Shown: positions 50,840-61,096 of the stretch, piece after piece | Numbering within the stretch: position 1 is the stretch's first letter | Layout: every line of letters begins with the position of its first letter | Assembly (NCBI GenBank): GCA_965197475.1 | Contig: CBDANF010000003.1 | Location: 1,792,001-1,856,000 of the forward strand | DNA length: 64,000 bases | Direction of reading: 5' to 3' | DNA from: Candidatus Poribacteria bacterium | GTDB taxonomy: Bacteria > Poribacteria > WGA-4E > WGA-3G | Translations under genes and position numbers: made by a program | Notes under the pieces: model-generated | What the model saw: the letters and a program-made list of their open reading frames with translations, nothing else | What the model was told of the DNA's origin: nothing | Databases searched by the model: none

Positions 50840-52198
50840 ATGCGAGAAATTAGTTTACTATACCAAATGGCGTTAGTTGTTATCGGGAGTATGATGGTGT
50901 TAAATGTTCTGGTGCCAAGAGAAGCACATGGGATGTCCCAAGAAGCGTCAACTCCAGAGCAAACCACCGATGTGGCAACTTTATTTGCCGAAACGCTTGA
51001 GCTGCCGAACTTAATTCGGGTTGCCGTTGAGCGGAGTCCAAAAATTAGTGCCGCAAAGGCAAGATGGCAGGCGACAATTGAACAGTATCCACAAGTGACA
51101 GCATTGCCCGATCCGATGCTCATGTATGGGTATTTCTTGCGAAGCGTGGAGACGCGGGTCGGCCCCCAACGCCATCGGGTTAGTTTTTCACAGGCATTTC
51201 CATATCCCGGCACCCTTGATGCAGCCGGAGAGGTCGTCAAAAAAGCAATTGAGATTGAAAGCGTAAAGCACGAGCAGGTGATACGAGATCTCATTGTTGA
51301 GCTGAAACTGAGTTACCACGAGTTGGCGTATCTCCAACGGGCAGTCGAACTGACACGGCAAAATCACAAATTGATAGCCTCTATTCTCGCGATTGCAACC
51401 ACACGTTATGCCGAAGGAAAAGTAAAACTCAATGATGTGCTGAAGGCACAAAGTCAACTGGCACAGTTGGAATATGATCTCGTGCTGCTGGAGGAATTGC
51501 AGCGTGTTGAACATGCTAACATCAATGGAATCCTGTCTGTTCCTTCAACAACACCGCTTGGCGCAACAGCACCTGTTGCCTACGAGCCGCTTGGTGTGAC
51601 ATTAGCCAATGTGGAAAAACAGGCATTAGCAAAACGACAGGAGTTGCGCATTGCGGAGTTAACTATTGAAAAAGCCACCGAAGGAATTGCACTTGCAGAA
51701 CTCCAAACCAAGCCTATGCTTAAGCTTGACTTAATGACAATAGAAACGGGTAAAGCCTTGATGTTAGACGCACCTGGCAGTGGTAAAAATCCATTTAGCA
51801 TCGGTATTGGTGTAACAATTCCGTGGTCAGGTCTGAAGAACAGCAGCAAGGTTCGCGAAGCTCAACAAAATCGTGAGGTTGTCACAGCGAATAGGCGCGC
51901 CTTGGAGGACGAAACGAAGGTTGCCCTCCAGAAAATTTATTTTCGCCTTGAAAACGCGCGGAGGCTTATCAAGCTCTATGAAACTACACTTATTCCGCAA
52001 GCTGGTGCTGCTATTGAAGTTGCTGAGACGTGGCATCAGAAAGGACCCAAGAGCATTACAGGATTTCTTGAGACGCAGAGTGTCTGGTTGAATTTTAATC
52101 TTGCTCGCCTACGTGCGATTGCAGACTATCAACAAAATATAGCCCGGTTAGAGCAGCTCGTTGGGGGAAAGATCGATGATTCACATACTATGCAGTAA
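50840..52198 (+). CDS. TolC-family outer membrane factor
   Basis: ALPDPML, SQAFPYPG, two OEP repeats, ARLEQLVG. Confidence 0.88.
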   Translation: MREISLLYQMALVVIGSMMVLNVLVPREAHGMSQEASTPEQTTDVATLFAETLELPNLIRVAVERSPKISAAKARWQATIEQYPQVTALPDPMLMYGYFLRSVETRVGPQRHRVSFSQAFPYPGTLDAAGEVVKKAIEIESVKHEQVIRDLIVELKLSYHELAYLQRAVELTRQNHKLIASILAIATTRYAEGKVKLNDVLKAQSQLAQLEYDLVLLEELQRVEHANINGILSVPSTTPLGATAPVAYEPLGVTLANVEKQALAKRQELRIAELTIEKATEGIALAELQTKPMLKLDLMTIETGKALMLDAPGSGKNPFSIGIGVTIPWSGLKNSSKVREAQQNREVVTANRRALEDETKVALQKIYFRLENARRLIKLYETTLIPQAGAAIEVAETWHQKGPKSITGFLETQSVWLNFNLARLRAIADYQQNIARLEQLVGGKIDDSHTMQ

Positions 52199-53876
52199 AG
52201 GTAAACTACGATATCTGTTTACCCGTGTGGTTCTGCTTTTCAAGCGCACTCGGCGTAACTTCACTTCAAGCACACTATGTCGCTGTCGTTTTCGCTATCG
52301 GAAGTACCCTATCACCTTACTCACCTGCCTCTTAATGCTCACTGTTTTGGTTGGTGGGTGTGCGAGCCATCGACTGGAGACATACCAAGAATTGCGTAGT
52401 GCTGAGGTACAACCACCAGCGTATTACTATACGGAAGTAGAAAAAAAACTTGCCAGTACTAAAAGCGAACCGATTGTAGAATCAGACCCGTTTCTCAGCG
52501 AGATTGAAGCAAAGGTGTTGAAATACCAAAAACAGTGGCAAGCTCAATTAGAAAGTGAAGCACCGATACCAAATCTGTTTTACGATCTTTCAACAGACAC
52601 TATGAAAGCCTATCGGCAATTGGCAGCGTCACCTGAAGAAGCGAAAACCCGACTTACTCAACCTGTTGTGTTGGAACTCCTTGTAGCATTTGGGTACGAA
52701 TGGAACCCGGGTTTGAAATCTGCCCGTGAAAAAATTCGGGCGGTACTGGAGCAGTATCCCCAAGCTGTTTACTTAGAGAATGTGTTACGTCAGTATAACG
52801 CTTTCACAAAACAACTTGATACGAAAGTTGGACCGTTGAGCCATAAAGAGATGATGGCAATGAAATTTCCGTTCCCAGGGACCTTAGCCTTGAAAGGGCA
52901 GATTATCACTGAAGATGTGCTAATTGCCCAAAAAGAGTTTGAGATCGCACTACGAGATCTAGTGACTGAGATCAAGTTAGCCTACTACGATTATCTTTTT
53001 GTCATTGAAGCAACCCATATTAACGAAGAAAATCAAGAATTACTGAAACAGATGATTGCTATTGCCCAGGCGAAGTTTCGCGTTGGGCAAGGCAAATATT
53101 CAAACATTATCATGGCACAGGTGGAGTTATCGAAATTGGCAAATTCGATTATTACGCTTGAACAACAACGAGAAACCATCATTGCGCGTCTCAATACATT
53201 GTTGAATTTTTCAGCGGATATGCCATTGGGTGCTCCAATACCTATTGAGGATGTCTACGTAACCGCTACCCTAGCTGACCTGTATAAGCTGGCTGTTGAA
53301 CACCGACATGAAATCCAAAAACAGAAGTTGGCAATCAGTAAGATGGGCTTGGCGGTGGAGATGGCAAAGCAAATGACATATCCTGATCCGACCCTCGGTG
53401 CAAGTTACTTTGAAAACCGGAGCATGGCGGACTTGAAACATACGAAAAAAATGCCGATGACATTTTCCACACGACGGACATTGAATCCGGCAAATACTGC
53501 GTGGTTCGGACACCGAAATTCGTACATCCACGAAATGGATGTAAAGATTGAAGCGATTGAGCATCAAATTGAAGAGCTTGAGAGCAATCTCCGCTTTGTT
53601 GTGAAAAAACATCATTTTGGGATGGAAACCGCAAATCGGAGTATTCGCCTTTATCGTCAGACGCTGCTTCCACAAGCACAACAGGCGTTGGATGCCTCGA
53701 ATTCAGCCTATCAGGCAGCGCAAATCGATTTTTTGAGTTTTCTTGATGCACAACGCACTTTATTAAAATTGAAGATTGAGGAACAGCGAGCATTGCGCGA
53801 TTATCGCCAACATCTCGCACAGTTGGAACAGGTAGTTGGCGTGATTTTGCCCAAACAACCACTGACCCAGAAGTAG
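52161..53876 (+). CDS. Second TolC-family protein, lipoprotein (true start probably downstream)
   Basis: Lipobox VGGC; KFPFPG; AYQAAQIDFLSFLDAQ; AQLEQVVG. Confidence 0.85.
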   Translation: MGERSMIHILCSKGKLRYLFTRVVLLFKRTRRNFTSSTLCRCRFRYRKYPITLLTCLLMLTVLVGGCASHRLETYQELRSAEVQPPAYYYTEVEKKLASTKSEPIVESDPFLSEIEAKVLKYQKQWQAQLESEAPIPNLFYDLSTDTMKAYRQLAASPEEAKTRLTQPVVLELLVAFGYEWNPGLKSAREKIRAVLEQYPQAVYLENVLRQYNAFTKQLDTKVGPLSHKEMMAMKFPFPGTLALKGQIITEDVLIAQKEFEIALRDLVTEIKLAYYDYLFVIEATHINEENQELLKQMIAIAQAKFRVGQGKYSNIIMAQVELSKLANSIITLEQQRETIIARLNTLLNFSADMPLGAPIPIEDVYVTATLADLYKLAVEHRHEIQKQKLAISKMGLAVEMAKQMTYPDPTLGASYFENRSMADLKHTKKMPMTFSTRRTLNPANTAWFGHRNSYIHEMDVKIEAIEHQIEELESNLRFVVKKHHFGMETANRSIRLYRQTLLPQAQQALDASNSAYQAAQIDFLSFLDAQRTLLKLKIEEQRALRDYRQHLAQLEQVVGVILPKQPLTQK

Positions 53877-53982
53877 CGTTTTCTTGCATAGGATTTTAGA
53901 GTTCGCTAATTGCGAATTCCTTCTGGGAGGCGCGTATTTAAGCTATAAAACTGTAACGCAAACAATACAAGGAGTTTACAAA

Positions 53983-55893
53983 ATGCTTAGAAATTTCTGC
54001 CTCGCAACCACACTAATAATCACCGTGCTTTTCACATTTGGCTGTAGTCAGCAAGAGAACGCTGATGAAATGAAGCATCATGTTAGCAAAAGGCTCGACA
54101 CAAAATCTGAGAATACCACAGGCGTGGATGAACACACTGGCCATGCGGAAATGGCGATGTCTACTGACGAGAAAAAAAACATTCGTTTCTGGACTTGTGT
54201 TATGCACCCCACAGTCAAAATGCAAGAGTCCGGAAGTTGTCCAGTCTGTAAAATGGATCTCATTCCCATTTACGAGGGTTCAGGACTGGAACTAACTGAG
54301 CAACAGAAGGCACTGATTCCAGTGCGCACTGAGCCTGTCGCTTTTCGCAAAGTTGCACGTGAAATCCGAACTGTCGGTGTTCTTGATTACAATGAAACCC
54401 GAATGGCTTATGCGTCAACCCGTATCTCCGGGTGGATTGAGGACTTGCACGTTGATTTCACCGGTATCAAGGTGCGCGAGGGCGATGAACTCTTATCTAT
54501 CTATAGCCCAGAGTTAGTCGTCGCGCAAGAGGAATATCTAACAGCACTCAAAAGTGTGGGAGAACTTCAAAATACAGAATATGTGGACCTCCTCCGATCG
54601 ATTAAACTAAATCTCACCGCTGCTGAATCCAAACTGAAATTGTACGGATTAACCGGAAACCAAATAGAGGATATCCGCAACCGCGGCGAAGTCAGCACCG
54701 TTTTGCCACTCTATGCACCTATCGCGGGGACTGTTGTTCACATGAACGTCATGCAGGGGCAACACCTCAACAAAGGGACGAATCTTTACCGCATCGCAGA
54801 CCTCAGCAGCTTGTGGATCATGGCGGACGTTTACGAATATGAACTGCCGTGGATTTACATGGGGCAAGTTGTCGAAATTACGGCACAATCGATGCCGGGA
54901 AAAACGTTCTCCGGCAAAGTTACCTACATTTATCCGTTCTTTGATGCTAATACCCGCACCCAGAAAGTGCAGGTGGCTGTCGCGAATCCGAACGAGGAAC
55001 TCCGTCCAGGAATGTATGTGACACTCCGCATGAAACCTACGCTCGCAGAAATCTATACCCGGGGCGGTATGTCCGAGGATCCCTATGCATGTCCAATGCA
55101 TCCATGGATTACGTCCGAACACGCTAGCGAATGTGATATATGTGGTATGGATTTAGAGCCAACACATTCCGATGTCATGGCATCCGAGCCGATGTCTGGA
55201 ACAGAGGGAAAGTGGTCATGTCCGATGCATCCGGAAGCGCAATCTGATGAATTCGGCGAATGCTCTATCTGTGGTATGGATCTTGTTGAAAAAGCAAAAG
55301 CACCTTCAGAGACAACATCCGTGTGGACATGTCCGATGCATCCGGAGGTTCAGTCTGATGAATTCGGTGAATGCTCTATCTGTGGTATGGATCTCGTTGA
55401 AAAACAACCAGCAGCAGTTAGTGGAGTGCAAGCACATGCATCTCATACACATACCGCGCCTGTCATCCAGACGAATCTGCCGGCTCTCGTTTTCAAATAC
55501 GTGTGTCCTGATCATCCTGATGAATATGCGACCGTGCCAGGGCTATGTCCACGTGATGGAAAACCGCTCGCTATGACAGGAGAAGTTCTAACTATTCCGA
55601 AGAGTGCAGTCATTGACACCGGTTTACGGAAAGTCGTTTTCGTGGATCGCGGTGAATCCGGGTATGAGCAGGTTGAAGTTGAAGTCGGACCGGAAGCTTG
55701 GGGTACAGATGACAATTCAAAGATGAACCGCCGCTACTATCCGATCGTTAGCGGGCTGACCCCCGGTGATACCGTTGTCACCCATGGCAACTTCTTGATA
55801 GATTCGCAGACGCAGTTAACAGGCTCCGCATCAGGTGCTTATGGAGGGGCACTCGGCGGTGAAGAATCAAAAGCCCCTGTCCATCAGCATTAA
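53983..55893 (+). CDS. CusB-like RND periplasmic adaptor with five heavy-metal-binding domains
   Basis: GWIEDL, IYSPELV, LRPGMY; repeated CxMHP...CxxCxMDL; ATG 53983 with GGAG. Confidence 0.9.
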   Translation: MLRNFCLATTLIITVLFTFGCSQQENADEMKHHVSKRLDTKSENTTGVDEHTGHAEMAMSTDEKKNIRFWTCVMHPTVKMQESGSCPVCKMDLIPIYEGSGLELTEQQKALIPVRTEPVAFRKVAREIRTVGVLDYNETRMAYASTRISGWIEDLHVDFTGIKVREGDELLSIYSPELVVAQEEYLTALKSVGELQNTEYVDLLRSIKLNLTAAESKLKLYGLTGNQIEDIRNRGEVSTVLPLYAPIAGTVVHMNVMQGQHLNKGTNLYRIADLSSLWIMADVYEYELPWIYMGQVVEITAQSMPGKTFSGKVTYIYPFFDANTRTQKVQVAVANPNEELRPGMYVTLRMKPTLAEIYTRGGMSEDPYACPMHPWITSEHASECDICGMDLEPTHSDVMASEPMSGTEGKWSCPMHPEAQSDEFGECSICGMDLVEKAKAPSETTSVWTCPMHPEVQSDEFGECSICGMDLVEKQPAAVSGVQAHASHTHTAPVIQTNLPALVFKYVCPDHPDEYATVPGLCPRDGKPLAMTGEVLTIPKSAVIDTGLRKVVFVDRGESGYEQVEVEVGPEAWGTDDNSKMNRRYYPIVSGLTPGDTVVTHGNFLIDSQTQLTGSASGAYGGALGGEESKAPVHQH

Positions 55894-55993
55894 TCTGAGG
55901 ATTTCTTTAGCTGGGATCTGAAATTGTGAGTGCAAACTACTCTTACGGAAAGATTGCGCTAACAAAATACATCTACAAAAAGCGAGAAAGAAC

Positions 55994-58900
55994 ATGATTA
56001 ACCGAATTATTGAAATCTGTATGAAGAACCGCCTGTTGGTGTTAGTTATCTTTGTATTCGTCACAATGGCGGGTTGGTGGGCATTGAACCGTACACCAAT
56101 TGATGCGCTACCTGACATCGGCGAAAACCAGGTTATTGTCTTCGCGGATTGGCCCGGACGAAGTCCTCGGGATATTGAAGATCAGGTTATCTATCCGTTG
56201 AGTATCACTATGCTTGGGATTCCCGATGTCAAAGATGTTCGCTCAACCGCAATGTTTAGCTTTGGCTATATTAACATTATCTTCAAAGATGATGTTGATT
56301 TCTATTGGGCCCGCACACGAGTACTGGAACGGATGAATCTTGCGCAAAAAGATATGCCAGCGGGTGTTGTACCGATCCTCGGTCCCGATGCAACCGGTGT
56401 CGGGCAAGTATTCTGGTATACCGTTGAAAATGGGTACTATTGCCCTAACCATCCGACAGAACGCTATGCGGTGCCTGGTAAATGTCCGGAAGATGGAGAA
56501 ACACTGATTGCCTCTAATTTAGAGCTTCATGAACTTCGGACGCTTCAAGACTGGACGGTTCGTTACTATCTTGCCTCTGCTGATGGTATCTCCGAGGTTG
56601 CCTCAGTCGGTGGATATGTTAAACAGTATCAGATTGACATCGATCCGAATACTTTATTAGCCTATAATGTGCCATTGTCCGCTGTTTACAACGCTATCCG
56701 TGGGAGTAACCTTGATGTTGGTGCCAAGGTTATTGAGGAAGGCGGAATGGAATTCCTGATTCGGGGTTTAGGTTTTATCAAAAGCATTGAGGACATAGAA
56801 AATATTGTTGTCAAAGCACATAACGGTGTGCCTATCTACGTCAAGAACCTTGGAACAGTCAGCGAAGGTCCCGACTTCCGGCGCGGTGCTTTAGACAAGG
56901 CTGGCATCCCCGCGACCGGTGGGGTCGTGCTAATGCGCTACGGTGATAATCCACTGCGCGTGATCGAGAACGTCAAGGCGAAAATAGCAGAACTTACACC
57001 TGGACTCCCGCCGGGGGTCCGAATTGTTTCGTTCTATGACCGAAGCCATCTCATTCACCGCGCAACGGATACACTGAAGGAAACACTAACGGAGGAAATC
57101 ATCGTCGCGGCGGTTATTATCCTGCTTTTCTTAGGACAAGTTTCAAGTAGTATGATAATAGCACTTGTCTTACCGATGGGTGTTCTGCTTGCGTTTGTGG
57201 GTATGCGGGTTATTGGTTTACCGTCGAACATCATGTCTATGGGTGGCATCGCCATCGCGATTGGCGTTATGGTGGATGCAGGTATTGTAATGACAGAAAA
57301 TATCACGCGCCATTTACAGGAACCCCACGCAGGTGAAAGTAAGCTGCAAGTCGTAACCCGTGCTGCTAAAGAGGTAGGTCCACCCATCTTCTTTGCAATG
57401 CTCATTGTTATCGTTGCTTTCATACCTGTCTTTTCGCTTACCGGCCAAGCAGGTAAACTCTTCAAACCGCTTGCCTATACAAAAACTTTTGCTATGCTTG
57501 GTGCAGCCCTCATAGCGATTAGTCTGGTGCCAGTTTTAGCGTCATTTCTACTCACGGACCCAACCCGTACACGGACAGGTGTAGTTTCCAAGCGAGTGGC
57601 ACAGTTCTTTGCGCTACTAAGTTGGCCCTTGAGAAAGTTAGCGGATGGGATTACGTGGATACTCAGAACTAGCTATCGTCCGATTATTCAGTTGGCTGTA
57701 AAGAATATCTGGACTAAACTCACCGTTGTTGCCCTGGCAGTGTTAGCTTTTGCCGTAAGCATACCGTTGACTCCTTTCTATAAAAATATTGGGCAAGAAT
57801 TCATGCCTCCACTTAACGAAGGGGCGTTGCTATTTATGCCGGTGCTGCTTCCAGGTGCTTCAATTACCCAAGCAAAAGATATAATGGCAAAGCAGGATTT
57901 GATTATGAATCAATTCCCAGAGGTTTCGCTTGTAGTAGGGAAACTAGGACGTGCAACAACAGCGACCGACCCCGCTCCAATTGGCATGTTTGAAACCATC
58001 GTCAATATAGTTGACCCTGCGGAGTGGCTCCGACGCGCTATTAAACGAGACTCAACAACGGAACTTGTGCAACATCTTGTCCAACGCTTAAGAAGCGAGG
58101 AACTTATAAGCGAGGAACATGCGAGCCATATTAACGCCGATTTTCTGGATGACATTGTTACAGCGACCGCAGAGCGATTTGATACTTTAGCGACAACATA
58201 TCACAATTCTTATTTATCAGTTGACGAGCGCGAGAAACTCTATCGTATCTGGTTATTACGGATCCTTTTGGAAGAACTTTTAGTTGAAAAGCGGGCTGAG
58301 GGAATGGGATTGGAACAAGTCAAAATTGGTGAATCTGAAACTGAGACGAAACTTCATCGGATCGCCGAGGAAATTGAACCTACTCTCAAGCATAAGACTT
58401 ACTTCCGGACCAAGAACCGCAACGAACTCATCACCGAACTAACGGAGGCTACCCGAATGCCTGGGGTTTCACCCATTATGACGCAGCCCATACGCAATCG
58501 CGTTGATATGCTTGCAACAGGCATACAAACTCCAATCGGAATTAAAGTGTTTGGTAAGGACCTCGCGAAGATTGAAGAGATTGCGGTACGGATTGAGCAG
58601 GAACTCCTTAAACTTGAAGGGGCACAGGGTCCTTATGCCGAGCGCATTGGAAATAAGCCGTACCTCGAATTTCATATTGACCGAGAGGAAGCCGCGCGCT
58701 ATGGTATCCAAATCCAAACGGTACAACAAATCATCATGACGGCAATCGGTGGCATGAATTTGACCTATACCGTTGAAGGGCGGGAGCGATTTCCGATTCG
58801 TATCCGTTACATGAGAGAGTTGCGGGATAATGTTGAAGCACTCAAGCGAGTCTTCGTTCCAACACCAAAAGGACTCCATATTCCGCTTGAGCAACTCGTA

Positions 58901-59662
58901 AAAATCGAAAGGCGGCCGGGTCCCGCGAAGATCGCGAGCGAAAATACACTGCTCTTTTCCCGCGTCTTTTGTGATGTAGATGTTGACACCATTGGACTGG
59001 TCGACTTCGTCACATTAGCCCAAAAGACGCTTGATGAAAAGATTAAGCCAACTTTACCTCAAGGCTACTTCTACGCTTTTAGCGGACAGTACGAAGCTGA
59101 ACTGGAAGCTCGCGATCGATTAACAATTGTAGTACCCGTGTGTATTGTTGTCATTTTCATATTGCTATACCTTCAATTCAAGTCGCCTTCTGCGATGTTT
59201 TCGATCTTCCTTGCGATTCCTTTTGCATTCATCGGCGGCATGTGGATGCAGTGGTTAATGCAATACATACCGGAGGCACTCGGCGGCGGTTACGCCATTA
59301 AATACAGTACAGCAGTGTGGGTCGGGTATATAGCCTTATTCGGCATAGCCGTTGAAGATGGAATCGTTTTAATTGAATATCTACTGGAACGTGTCCGCGG
59401 CGGTGAACCTATTGACGAGGCGGTAGTCAATGCTGGTTTATTGCGCGTCCGACCTATCATCATGACCACGGCAACGACAGTGCTGGCGTTATTGCCAATC
59501 ATGTTAGCGGAAATCAGTACTACCACCGGCGCGGAATTGATGAAGCCCATCGCTGTACCTACCTTCGGTGGCATGGTCACGGCAACAGTGGCTAACCTGA
59601 TCTTGGCACCTGTATTATTCTCCCTCTTCTATCCGATTGAACGTTGGGTTCACCAACGGTAA
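55994..59662 (+). CDS. cusA: CusA/CzcA heavy-metal efflux RND transporter
   Basis: DALPD, GPDATGVG, GIAIAIGVMVDA, EFMPPLNEG, RVDML, RVRPIIMT. Confidence 0.88.
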   Translation: MINRIIEICMKNRLLVLVIFVFVTMAGWWALNRTPIDALPDIGENQVIVFADWPGRSPRDIEDQVIYPLSITMLGIPDVKDVRSTAMFSFGYINIIFKDDVDFYWARTRVLERMNLAQKDMPAGVVPILGPDATGVGQVFWYTVENGYYCPNHPTERYAVPGKCPEDGETLIASNLELHELRTLQDWTVRYYLASADGISEVASVGGYVKQYQIDIDPNTLLAYNVPLSAVYNAIRGSNLDVGAKVIEEGGMEFLIRGLGFIKSIEDIENIVVKAHNGVPIYVKNLGTVSEGPDFRRGALDKAGIPATGGVVLMRYGDNPLRVIENVKAKIAELTPGLPPGVRIVSFYDRSHLIHRATDTLKETLTEEIIVAAVIILLFLGQVSSSMIIALVLPMGVLLAFVGMRVIGLPSNIMSMGGIAIAIGVMVDAGIVMTENITRHLQEPHAGESKLQVVTRAAKEVGPPIFFAMLIVIVAFIPVFSLTGQAGKLFKPLAYTKTFAMLGAALIAISLVPVLASFLLTDPTRTRTGVVSKRVAQFFALLSWPLRKLADGITWILRTSYRPIIQLAVKNIWTKLTVVALAVLAFAVSIPLTPFYKNIGQEFMPPLNEGALLFMPVLLPGASITQAKDIMAKQDLIMNQFPEVSLVVGKLGRATTATDPAPIGMFETIVNIVDPAEWLRRAIKRDSTTELVQHLVQRLRSEELISEEHASHINADFLDDIVTATAERFDTLATTYHNSYLSVDEREKLYRIWLLRILLEELLVEKRAEGMGLEQVKIGESETETKLHRIAEEIEPTLKHKTYFRTKNRNELITELTEATRMPGVSPIMTQPIRNRVDMLATGIQTPIGIKVFGKDLAKIEEIAVRIEQELLKLEGAQGPYAERIGNKPYLEFHIDREEAARYGIQIQTVQQIIMTAIGGMNLTYTVEGRERFPIRIRYMRELRDNVEALKRVFVPTPKGLHIPLEQLVKIERRPGPAKIASENTLLFSRVFCDVDVDTIGLVDFVTLAQKTLDEKIKPTLPQGYFYAFSGQYEAELEARDRLTIVVPVCIVVIFILLYLQFKSPSAMFSIFLAIPFAFIGGMWMQWLMQYIPEALGGGYAIKYSTAVWVGYIALFGIAVEDGIVLIEYLLERVRGGEPIDEAVVNAGLLRVRPIIMTTATTVLALLPIMLAEISTTTGAELMKPIAVPTFGGMVTATVANLILAPVLFSLFYPIERWVHQR

Positions 59663-59786
59663 GAGAGAACTGTAAGGATTACTTTACTTTCAACAATTGT
59701 AGGTTCGGATCAATCTATCCGTTTTCGAGCTTGGCGTTTTTCTGAATCTGTTGGATCCGATCTTTATCTGTAATTTTGATTTTCAA

Positions 59787-59885
59787 TAGGACTTACGCAG
59801 CGCGTTCAGAAGTCCCCTGATAAGGGGGATTTAGGGGGTTTAAAAAGCAAAATCTACCAGCGCGTCTAAATTTGCGTAAGTCCTG
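59787..59885. mobile_element. MITE-like element
   Basis: TIR aggacttacgca/tgcgtaagtcct; flanking direct repeat ttcaa; half-copies at 3849, about 34952 and about 49879. Confidence 0.65.
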
Positions 59886-59973
59886 TTCAATTAAGGTTTG
59901 AGGCTTGACTTCACAACTATAGCGGTGGTATCTGTTCGAACATTTGTCACTACGAAGTCAAATTGGAGGAATC

Positions 59974-60588
59974 ATGAAACTTCTGACTACATTCAGCATC
60001 TGTATACTCGTTGGTCTTGTAGGGGGACCAACTGTCGGTACTGCACTTGAACTTGAAAAATACTCGCATATTGCAAAAGGCGGTGTAATAAGCGTTGGTC
60101 GCGGATTAGCGATTACTGATGACGAATTGGAAATAGCACGCACCGAAGAATTCTCCGTAGGATTTCAGTTGACATCTGTACTCCGATTCTCAGTTCCATT
60201 TGGTAGTTACACCGTAGATACTCGTGGAAGTAATGCAGATATCCTGCCCTTCGGAATGCTGGATGTTGAGACTGTTGGCACGATGCTGACACTCGGTGGA
60301 CGTGGGAAATGGGCACCGTTTATTGGACTCGGAACAAATTTCTACGCTTTTACTGAACAATTCGCTGCACCCGCGAATATCCAGAACACTTTTGGCGCGG
60401 AAGCGTCTACTGGAATCAACATAAAACTTATTGATAGCATTTTTGGGGTGGCACAGTTGAGCGGGTCGTTTGGCTATCAGTTCAGTTTTTTAAGACCGAG
60501 GGTTAGTGTCCCTACCAGACCAGACGTTGAAGCGTTATCCTTAAGCCGCCATAGTATCACCTTTCGGTTGGAGGTCTTGGGCTTATAA
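59974..60588 (+). CDS. Outer-membrane beta-barrel (OmpW/OmpA-like)
   Basis: Signal peptide, APFIGLG strand, amphipathic beta pattern; GGAGGA RBS. Confidence 0.6.
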   Translation: MKLLTTFSICILVGLVGGPTVGTALELEKYSHIAKGGVISVGRGLAITDDELEIARTEEFSVGFQLTSVLRFSVPFGSYTVDTRGSNADILPFGMLDVETVGTMLTLGGRGKWAPFIGLGTNFYAFTEQFAAPANIQNTFGAEASTGINIKLIDSIFGVAQLSGSFGYQFSFLRPRVSVPTRPDVEALSLSRHSITFRLEVLGL

Positions 60589-60712
60589 AGTAAAGTACGA
60601 GCGAACGGAAGGGCGAATGTGTCTTTCACCTTTCCATTCTTTCAAACCTTTCTTGTTCATCCCGTGTGAACTGAGCAACTTCGGTTATAAATAGTTGAAT
60701 CGGTAACCTATA

Positions 60713-60833
60713 CAGAGGCATTCAGTTCTCCCGTAGTTTTGATCTTCCGATTGAAAACTTTTTTGTAGGAGCGACCTCCCGGTCGCTACTCTTTCCCTAA
60801 AATCGGCAAAACATAGAAAACTGAATGACTCTG
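60713..60833. mobile_element. MITE-like element with target-site duplication and internal REP
   Basis: TIR cagaggcattcagtt/aactgaatgactctg (14/15); flanks gtaacctata/gtcacctata; internal gtaggagcgacctcccggtcgctac. Confidence 0.65.
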
Positions 60834-61096
60834 GTCACCTATAGGAAAAGTCTTCCTGAAAATAAGGATTTCTGATAAACTTATGGGGATGCCAAAAAAA
60901 GTGGATTTGGACGTAACTAACTAACAACGCTGAGAAATCATTGAACTGCTGCCAAAACTACCCACTTAACGAAAAAGGAACCTTAGTTGGCAAAGATGTC
61001 ATAGAAGTTATCCTTACACTTGGGTTTGTTCATGCCACTGGCTTCCTACGTATGTATGCTGATGAAAAGGTTTATGATACTATAAGGAGATTGTAG

